From the NCBI GenBank assembly GCA_965285935.1, contig OZ260661.1:60574001-60638000 (forward strand): DNA of 64,000 bases, written 5' to 3'. Position numbers and translations under genes: made by a program. The DNA comes from Ophelia neglecta. Lineage: Eukaryota. Under the pieces are notes generated by a model that was given only the letters and a program-made list of their open reading frames with translations, had not been told where the DNA came from and did not search any database. Numbering within the stretch: the first letter of the stretch is position 1; each line of letters begins with the position of its first letter. Below are positions 51,103-61,500 of the stretch, in pieces.

Positions 51103-54100
51103 TACCAACATAGCCTGGCCTAGATCAGCCCAGATGGATCAACTCCAACTGACCTGACCATATGACCTCTCAGCATGGAATGATGGACTCAGAGAAAAAT
51201 GCCATTTATCTTCCTTTCACAAAGGCTAATAGGCAGTAGGCAGCTACTACAGAATTGGTGGTAGGGGGAGGATAGTTCACGTGTTTGCTGCTAGATGTCG
51301 GTGCGGACAGGCCAATGTTTTGGTGAATTTGATCCACCATTGACAGGGGCCTGATTGCACTGTTTGCTAGAATAGCATTTCGCTTTAGAATTCTCGGGAT
51401 ATTTCTTAGTAGGAGGTACCTTGGGAGTTCGTTCCACATGACCCTTTCACCCAATGCCCCAAAGGTCGGGATAGACCATGTCTGAGATAGAGCTCTTCTC
51501 TGTCGATGTGGGCTGGTTTTCCCGTAAGGCAATTGACAGCCGTGTTCGTGATCAGCCAACCGAACCTTCTCGCTTTAAACTTCATCCTCTGAGATTAATA
51601 CCCTGAGCCGTACCACCAATCAATACGTGTGACTCTCCCTAGACAATATGAGTTGATATTAGCTTTATCTACGCTACGAAGCGCCATCAATAGATTGGTT
51701 TTCCTTGGGTTTCTTCCCAGGTCAATCTGCTGGCACTGTGGTACAAGTCAAAGCTCAATGACCCCAGACCAAAGGGGGATTTCATATTAGCGATTTGGGG
51801 CTCAAGAGGATTTGAGCACATGTGAGAAGTGAAACAACCTGTGTGTAGGGCACTCCCTGAGTGACCCACATTTCATCCCTGGATGCCTCTGTCTCAGTTG
51901 GCTGCACAATACCGGATCATCGCTAAATTAGATCTGCTCCCCCGTCTCCATTTCTCCTACAGCTTCAAATCTCCGATGTTTAGTTCGAAATCAATACGAC
52001 CACCGAAGTGTTGATCTCTCTTTCTGTCTGCCTTGTTGCCTTTCACTTTGTGGGACAATGAAATAGTCCAGGGGTTAAATAAGCCTAAGTGTAAAACCAA
52101 ACTATTGAACATACATGTAAGTCATGTGGATTATTCTTTGTCATAAATGAAAAGAGATTTTGTCCGGTAGATCAGTGAAGTTCACCACAATTAGACTGTC
52201 ACACTTTTTTGCTACTTTCAAAAAATAAGGTTCGAGCGTTTTCGTGCATAAACGAATCTCTTTTACGACCAATAGCTGATAGCGTTACTAAGACGATTTC
52301 ACCCATTACCCGCCTACATCGTCATGACAACACTCCTTTCCATGAGCGGTGCAGTCAGCTGACGCATTACGTCATCTCAGGCGACCTTGACCTTTCCCCT
52401 ATTCCACCAGGTGTTCATAGTATACCTAATCAATCTAATTATTAAAGGAAAACGCTTTCCTATTGCATTTCAAAAGCAAATATTCGGTTTAGTCGTTGTT
52501 TTTCTTTTTATAATTGTAATAATTGAAGTTTAATTCAAGTGGAATGAATAGTATTTTAAATTATCAATCATGAGCCCGGTGCCCTTGTCAAGATGTTTGC
52601 ATGCTAAATCGATCTTGCTTCTCTCCTCAAGGATATATTGGGAACAGGTGTGTATTGATAATTTTGAAACAAATCGAAAAATCGATTTATTTTATTCTGG
52701 TGTTCACTTTGTTATTTTTTGGACGGCAGTATATCGAAAATCGATCCATCATTTTCACAGCTTTACTAGTGAAAATCCTTCAATACCTAATTATCACTCA
52801 ACCAGGAGTATACTCACTACTCACATTAACCAGGAGAAAAGCTTGATCTCAATTGATATTCAATTATTGCGATTTTTACTTGCAACTATTTAATTATCCA
52901 TAAAATACTTTTTCGATGTTATCCCTATGTCTTTAGGTTTTCAGATACAGCATTGTATCATGGCAGGTCATCGATATCTATTTAAGATAAAATCCTATGA
53001 GCAATCGCCGTTTTTTTTTTCATTGAGAGGAATTGTCATAATCATCTGTCTGTATTCATATAGAATTATTTTGCTAGAATTATTCTATACTGTTTTTCCG
53101 TGAAATACAATGCAACAAGAAAGTTTAGAAATGAGCTGCCACTTTGAGACTCGATGAATAACGATAATGATATGAAGTTTAAACCTTTTTTCTTATAAAA
53201 TAAGAGTTTAAAAACAAATATCTTACTATTTTTGTTTGTGGAAGGCTTATTGAATAAAATTATTATGAAAATAAAAGAAAATGTATCTGTCCATTTTCTC
53301 ACTATCTGAAGTGTTCGATAATCATAAAATTTACATATAGGCGTAAACAAATGGGCATCGGAGCTCTGAAGTAGACCAATAACATACATGCTGGGCAGAA
53401 TATCTTAAAAAAGAAATTTTTACAGTTGGTAATGTCAATTTTTGAGTAATGAATAATATGATGTTAACATAAATTTACTTCATCTGGAGTTTTTATACTC
53501 TATGCTAGCCCATTATGCTTAAGTTCGTTAGGGATACATTTTAAGGTTTTCTCCACAGGTTTATGCTTCAAAGACATATTATAACATATTTATCTACCAA
53601 CTAGTTTTAATACTTAGCATATGTATGTGCCAATATTCCCTTACGGGAGAACATTGTAGCCTTGCAAGGTAACACGGAGTAAAGAAATTCAATAGTTACA
53701 AAATAAATCGCGAGCCGTCTAGGTCGTTTATCAAGCTCCAATTAATTAAACCTGTACGCATAGTAACGTTTAAGTATAGTAACACACATGGTAAATTCTG
53801 TGTTATGTCAATAAATATACATGAGTTTTTAATATGTCAGTTGGAGACTTAATGGACATTGTGTTAAAGAGCACATGTGTCTGACCTTAGGCACATCAAT
53901 TATATATCTATATAGATGAAGGTGGACGTGAATAAATTACCATGAGTACCCGGAGTGGCATATCGATTCATCTGTCATATAATGACATATTTAGTCCACA
54001 TCGCAAATAGCACAGAAACTGATGATGCCACAACAAATGCGCAGTGACCTCTCCAGCCATTTGACCCTGAAGCCATTAGGGCCCCTCGGCGGGCATCATG

Positions 54101-56918
54101 TTGCTAGAGAGCCTTTTAACCCCTGAACCACACCTCTGCCCTTCAATTTCAGCCGTACAGAACCAACATTGTATTGCTAATCCCACGCAAGAAATTCCTT
54201 AATTTCATAGATATTAGATTCCATGTATAATTATTATTCCGCGACTACAACAGTATTGTGTGGACCAACTACACCCTTTTATCTGAAATTTCTAATTTGT
54301 CCTAGAACAGCAGTTTTTTCAACGGAATAAATCCAATAGCAATATATCCCCTAAAAACAAATCAGCTATTGTAGAAGTTACTATTTTCTTTTCTAATAAG
54401 CAACCTCAACCATGAGGAAAAAAACTACCTAGATAGAACCCCCCCCCCCCCCCCATTGCCTGGTGTATAGAGCTTGCTTTTTTCAGTTTGGACTCTTCGA
54501 AACTTTGAGCTGCACGCTTGTCAGATCAAGGCACCCACCCCCCTCCCTCTCCTGTGAAGGCTGCCCAGCCTGTGACAGAATCTAATGAAGAAAGTGGCAG
54601 ATTCTATTATGGTGTGGAATGAAATTCTCTCGCAGGGTTTATTACATCTAAAGCCCACAGAAGCATGAAGCGCGCTTCCTTCTTTGCGGCCCTTTCCAGC
54701 TCCCCCCTGACAATATAGGAAGAAAATCAATTCCACAACTAATTGGCGAACGAAAAATGACATTTGTGAAAGTGAAGTAATTCCAAACTGGCAAGCTTTC
54801 CTATAACTGTGTTAGTCTCGTCTGCGCTGTTTGTGTTGGCCAATACTCGGTATTTGTCAGAAATTTCATTTGAGTTCATTTCCCCGGCTCATAATCAGAT
54901 GAAGATTTTAATAAAGATAGATTGAATTGGCTGCCAGCGTATTCCATTCATTGCATTCTGACACTGAGTGTGATTTTGGAAATGGTTTTATGGCCGCAAT
55001 TCGCCAATCATTCCCGTAGTAAAACTGGGGCTGCCAGGGACGAAAGGTCCGGGACCGTCATCAAGGACATGGAAATTACCGCCCCCTGTAACCCGGGTGA
55101 GCTTGTATTATACTAGTTAGAGAGGAGCTGAGTTCGTGGCCTACTGACTAGATGACATTTGGCCAAGAGGTGGACAGAGAAAGTTTGACACAATCCAATC
55201 TGATATTTAATCAACTCGTGAGAATACATTCTCCAATTACAAAGGCCAAGTCTTATTGAAACATATTTTCTGATGACAACTGTGGTAACCACGAAGGAGA
55301 ATTTATATTGCAACCGATTCCCGGGACGGGATCATAAAATAAGTGGCGAATAAGCCATAAAAACAAATCACAGCAAAGCATGTGTGGTATTTATTACTGG
55401 CTGATATAATTATTAAGGATATTCAAGTGCACGTCTGCTCCCCAGCTTATAATTATGTACAATCATAGCAATTTTAAGGTTAAACATTAATTCGTTTAAA
55501 TTGAATGAAAGTCTAACAATATAAAGAAATAAGCAGGTGTCCGCATTAAATATGCCCAGGCCAATTCTGACCACATTATTATAAAATTCAGTGCATTTAA
55601 AATGTAAAATATATCATGCACCACAAAAGACGTGTGGACGAGTGTGCTATATTTAATTGTAGAATAATGAAGTAATGTTGATTTATTGGCAAATTAAATC
55701 CATTGTGAGCATTCCTTTCTTATTTGGGAGATTGGCCTTTACACATAAAACAGTGAAAGTCGCTGTGTATGTGTCTGTATGTGCTTTGGGGGGGGGGGGG
55801 GTGCAATGTTTGGGAGGCACCTTACGGGAAAACTAGCTATTGCCTGTGGTCCGTTCTTTCTGCTGTATGTATTTCTTTCTTCAAATTAATTAGGCGGTCG
55901 GAGGGCTCTATTGACCTACGCTGTTTTTCATAGGGGTCAAACTGATAACTACAACTGCTAAAATACAATTTTATAAGAGAGTAAAATGCACTCAATAGAG
56001 CTATTAAAACACCGCTCTTATTTAAACAACAAATTAGGAGGCCTCAAACATAAATTAGATAATACAATAATATATATTTATATAATCGTGTGTGGGTGGG
56101 TAGGTTGCAATATAATAATTGACTTTCGTGGTTTATCACAATGATACTGCTTTGTAAATTATAAATTTTTTGGAATGATAAACCACCCCCCCCCCCTCCC
56201 TAGGCAGGGGGGGGGGTGTAGTTCCCTGGCCCTGAGGGGTGTTAAAAGCCCTATTTTATTGGATTAGACGTGTCTTTCACAGTTTGATTATAGGACTTGT
56301 CCTGTATGAAACATTTAAAAATCCCTCATTTAATAGTCCGCACCCCCCCCCCCCCCCCCAAGTATTTTGGCACCTGTTCCTTTGCATCGGAATAGGCTTT
56401 TACTTATTCCATGCAACACTGGTCTTTTCACATGAAAGCGTTTAAACATTTCAAGTTTCATCTCCATGTTCACATCATGTGACACTGTGTACAATAGGTT
56501 TTAATGACTGCGCTTGTTTCAAAATTTAAACCAACTGGCCTGTGTACTTATTTCAAATTAATCACTTGTAAGAACTTCTTTCAAAGGAGTTGCTATGTTC
56601 ATGTTGGTATTAATTTTGATGAGCACCAAGTGTTTATATTGATGTTATTGAAGTGCTTGGATATTATGTCATTAATTCTTACGAATTATGTTAAACTATA
56701 ACTTTGTCACCTAATGTTTATCTCTTGAGCAGGACTGGAACTAACTTACTACTTATAAAATGATTAAAGCACGATTACATGTAAACTAAACACTTCAAGT
56801 TAAATACTCATGTTAGTGGTGTCGATTTAGACACAATTTATTTTTATTTAATTTTGCTCGGCTATAACCCCAGGCGTTGCTGATTCCAATATGGCTGCCG
56901 CGTGAACACCGGTGGCAG

Positions 56919-56958
56919 AGGTCATGTAAGGTGCTCCGAGGGTCAAAGGTCGGGTTCA
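56919..56958 (+). promoter_or_regulatory. Cluster of four nuclear-receptor half-sites including a near-perfect DR1
   Basis: AGGTCA 56919-24; GGGTCA-A-AGGTCG 56940-52, directly followed by GGTTCA 56953-58. Confidence 0.4.
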
Positions 56959-57232
56959 ACCCTGTGGTTAGTTGCGCCTCCACAGCCACCGCATACATTT
57001 GTTGTATCAGTCGGTTTTGACTGTTCATTCAGAGCCAATGGCCAGAGATTCTATGGCGGATGATATCAGTGGGCATTGTTGCAAACTTTCACAAAGAGGA
57101 GTAGATTGGACGCCAGTCAAATTTGAGACAGGACATTTTTACCCTAGTCAAAAGAACCAATTTTCCAGAGGATTGCTCCTGTGTGAGAGAAATGTCAATT
57201 CTCCTGCGACAGAGGCCATCCCCCAAAATTTG

Positions 57233-57246
57233 GTTGCCATGACAAC
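57233..57246. promoter_or_regulatory. RFX X-box GTTGCCATGACAAC
   Basis: Near-palindromic match to the GTTRCCATGGYAAC consensus. Confidence 0.4.
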
Positions 57247-58512
57247 CACAAACTTCATAAGACAGACGAAAACAGATTCAATCAATAAATTAGAATTGAA
57301 ATTTCTTCTGCTTAGCGATGTATATAAGATCAGATTCGAGAAGGAAATTTAGAGCACAACACCTCTTGGGGGCTTCAGAGGGCTTATTTTTGTACAAAGT
57401 TATGGGGTTGAGTGCCCCCAACGGGAGTTGTAAGTGTGGGTAATAAGAGCTTGGGGGAGGGGAGTTGTTGCAGACGATGGCATGTCATCCATGATTCATG
57501 ACTTCGCCTGCCCAGGGGATCGGAGGGGGCAACTCTTCGAAGGCTAGGTATTGGCCATCAACTGATAGCAGTAATGGGAAATCAAACTATTACCATCTCA
57601 TCTACATTCCTAATGTATCATGGTCTTTATATATAAGCACTACAAAAATATTTACACGTGGCTTACAATTAAGGCTTTATTGATATTTCGACAATTATAC
57701 TAAGTCGATCATAGATTGTTTTTTGGCTGGGGGCACGTGACAGTTCTCCCCTTCAACTGTCTCAGAGCGACAGATACTGTGACACAACACGAGAGATCAA
57801 TCTAGAAGATTGATGATCCTCCATAGGTTTGTTTTATCAGTTTCGCATATTGATGAATATAAAGATGCGGGTGTTTGATTCAACAATACACTTAGGCCTT
57901 CAGCTCCCGATGAGACCGAGCCAACCGGAAGTTGGTCTGACACACCCTCTTTTCACTAGTTGACGTTCCACAGAGAAATTTCATTTGGAAGAAGAACCTG
58001 CCAGCTTTTTGATAAAGATCAACAGCCTAAGAAGCGAAATAAATTGCCTGTTTATTTTAGGTAAAGAACCTTCGAGTGACTGACAGCCATAACCTCTTTG
58101 ATAGACGCGCAAAGCTGGTTTCTAAATTAGAAGAAGTCAAGTCAGCAGGCAGACATTAGTTTTTCATTGAATAAGGGACCCAGTTGGCATTTGGTTTTTC
58201 TTTTGAGGTCCCAAGCGTTGTTTCTTTGGGTTTTTCACAGTGACAAATGTAATACAAAGGTCATTATTTAAGTATTTCCACACCACCTTGCAAAGTGATA
58301 TTTTACCTTCAATTAATAAAACCGACTTGAATGTATCTTTTGAAAATATTAAAATTTAATAGGGCCTATAACTACTTTAAAGGTTGAAGGTGAATCGTCC
58401 AATTTTGTCTTTCATCGTACAGTGAGGAGGTAGCTCGTCTATGAAGCGGTAACTGACATTGAACTGTTGATAAACGATATCCATCCCCACGTCTTCGGTT
58501 TCTGTCACTCAC

Positions 58513-58582
58513 TGAACAAGTTACTGCTCTAGTTTACGTCTTAGCTGTCTCCATTGAAGAATATATACCAGATTGTTCAGAC
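58513..58582 (-). other. Candidate non-coding exon, 70 nt
   Basis: Acceptor CTGATATGTTTGTTTCAG| (58585-58583) and donor TCA|GTGAGT (58512-58507). The donor overlaps a TGAGTGACAG Pbx-Meis decamer, which could explain it instead. Confidence 0.25.
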
Positions 58583-61500
58583 CTGAAACAAACATATCAG
58601 GGTCTCGAATAACAGCATTTGTTTGTTTCTTCTCTGTTGCTGATGAGTTCCAGAGCGTTGTTTTGTCTTCGAGTGTTTCTTCCCAGCTCACAGCAGATGA
58701 GTCTGATCAGATCCCGAGGTAGAAAACACACTGCTTATTCTGCAAGAATCCATGATACACTTCGCGAAAATACCCTCGTCAAATAAAAACTGCCCCTTCG
58801 ACGAGGGACTTCAATGTAAGAAGTAAAAACATTCAACAACTATTCCACGGTGTGACGACTAAAACCCGGAAAAAATTACATGTGAAGAGCAATTAAAATT
58901 TCTTTCGCATGCACTTGTCCTTGTCTGAGGCGCATTCCTTCATCGCCCGGAATAAGTGACTTTTTACACCCCACAAAACCACACAAAACTATATGTTTTG
59001 CAAAAAAGAGATGCATTTCATTTGTAACATGTGTTATTTTTCTGGTTCCTAGATAGTTATCTTTTGATATTTACATGCCCATGGTAGGGCCTGCTGAATG
59101 ACAAAAATATCAAGCGGAGAATAAATTCGCAAATGTCAATTCAAAGCCGAAACGAATAAACAAATTTTATGAACTAGACGAATAGAATTACAGATATGAC
59201 TCAAGCACCTAGTCCCTGGATTTATGATGCATAATGCTGTGTTAGGCACCCCGCAGAGATCCAGGAGGATGGTGGAGTGGGAGGGGGGGGGGGTGTTCCT
59301 GGTGATTGGCACCACCAGAGGCCCTGTCAGTCGCCAACTCCTCTCCTCGAGCTTCTCGGCTTTCTTTTCTCCACTTTTCGACAGCCGGCTGCCAGCCGGC
59401 CTTACCCGGCTCCCTGGGGTTCAGGTAGAGAGGGGTTCATCTCTGGAGATAATTAAATCCGTCTATGAAAATACTCACAGGAGATGCTCGCTCACTCACT
59501 TTATATCTCTTATATTCTTATCCGTTTGGAGGGAATACTTCAGCTTGCAAGATATTAATAATCCATATTTTGGCACTCTACATTCATGATAAAATTTGCC
59601 GCAATTTATGCAATAAATGCCTATATGAAATAATAATTTTTATTTCCTAATAAAATGCTGTATTTTTGTGTGATATTAATTTTGCAATACATTGCTACCT
59701 TCTTAAATTGATATTCAAGCAAACAATACCGACCGCGGCGGCGGTCCTTCTCTGGAACACAACCTGTCGCTCATATCACTTTACAAAGAGCTTCGCATGC
59801 AATAGTAATGAACTAAATGGCAATATTGATAACGAGTTTTCTGGTAAAACTGCTTCCAGCGTGAAGAGCAAACCCTGATGAGATAATGCATGTTGTAATA
59901 GATACACCGGCAGCCTAGTGATTAAATTAATCATAAAATCATTCTGATATGATAGGCAAAGCGGGCAAATCCAAGATTAAATCATAAAAATAATTATATA
60001 CTTTTAGTATGAATTCTGTGCTATTAGCGATATAATCGAGCCCTGATTGCTTGTAATTCTTTGTTCGAAATATGTCTGCCGAAAAAACGACAAAATAATT
60101 AGGGTGCATGAGACTTTCTAAGCTATAATTATAGTCATTAAATTGATATCTATGGCCCGTTTTAAATTCCATCAGCCGGCCAGACTTGGCTGACTGCTAT
60201 CAAATTTAACGCTTCCTCTTTTTCGGCGGTCGTGAATTTTACTGCATTCTAGCATTTCCTGTTGACAAATTGCAGTTGTATGATCAAACGCTAACTTTTC
60301 TCTGAGGGCACGGTATTTAGTTTTCATGGCACACACCGATCTACATGCACGGCTGGGAACCACCAGCGAGAACAACCGAATTGCGGTCCCGGAGACAAGG
60401 TGACAGTTCCACCAACGAAATTAAAGCCGATCTTAGGGTTTATTTCAATCGAGTCACCTCCGCAATCCGAGTGAGAGGTTTTCAGCAAAATGGGACCAGG
60501 GTGGAATTAGGAATGCAGAGCATTAGTCGGGGACGACAGCGTCGGTCGGCTGTGATCCTCTCTGACCGGGAGGACAAGCTGTGTAATTAGTTACCAGGCG
60601 AGGCAGGTAGTGCAGACACTATAGTAGCTAGCTAGGCTACACAGATATCTGTTCACTTATGTCTCTATATACCAAATATCTGCATCCTCATATTGCTAGC
60701 TTCTACCGTTATCAGTAGAGAAGGCCGAAATATCTGTGTTTTCGTGTATTCAACAGTCAGAGCGTTGCCCAAGCATCTGGTTTTCAAGGAAGTCGACCTT
60801 TGCAAGGGAAATATGACCAGCTTGTTCATTTATCAAGTTTCCAGGCTGTAATTAGCCTCTTTATCTGTTTGTATACTGGCTGTAGCCGGAGCAGACCGTT
60901 TATTTACACAACGGTGGTGGGATCAGTGCTCCTCTTGTCAGTTGTAACTCTCAACTTAATGGCTCCTGATTGGTCTCAGACTCGTGACCTTTTGGTATCA
61001 ATATCTTTCTAGCTGTAGACTGAATTTTGGTAAAGATGGGAAAACTTTGATTTCTTATCGACTGTGAATTGATCAAACTTGACACCAACTGTATTTTCTG
61101 CCATTATGAATCATATTTCGAAGTAGGAGAGCGGCGCGTTCACATTAAAACTGCTAAATTGAACTGACAAATTGTGCATTTTCCTTGAAATGGCTTGAAT
61201 CGCCCCTACTAATCTTGTCATCTCAAGAGATTTAAATTCTTGGAAGGTTAACCCATAGTCTGAACAGATTTGATCTGAAAAGGGATTCCAATTTAGCACT
61301 GACGAAGAGATAAGAGAAACGATAAATCATCAGAGTTTAATGCGCCAAAGATTTCGGTCACAGCAACATAAATACAGTCAGACGACCGGGCCGAAAGAAA
61401 CGCTGACCATTTCGTAGCACTAATTTTCATATTTTCTGAAGGGTTAATTTTTGCGTAGCTTTTTAGCCGTAAGAGGAATCAACATATCACAGCTTATAGA

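Larger units (their letters stand above)
54439..59293. repeat. Cluster of long G/C homopolymers
   Basis: C16 54439-54454, G14 55788-55801, C11 56186-56196, G10 56207-56216, C17 56343-56359 and G11 59283-59293. Confidence 0.85.

Noticed and set aside
52572-53367. Possible MITE with imperfect terminal inverted repeats
   Set aside because: The similarity needs gaps, does not extend inward, and no TSD is evident.
61248-61447. TTAACCC...GGGTTAA piggyBac-like ends
   Set aside because: The inverted match does not extend beyond CCC.
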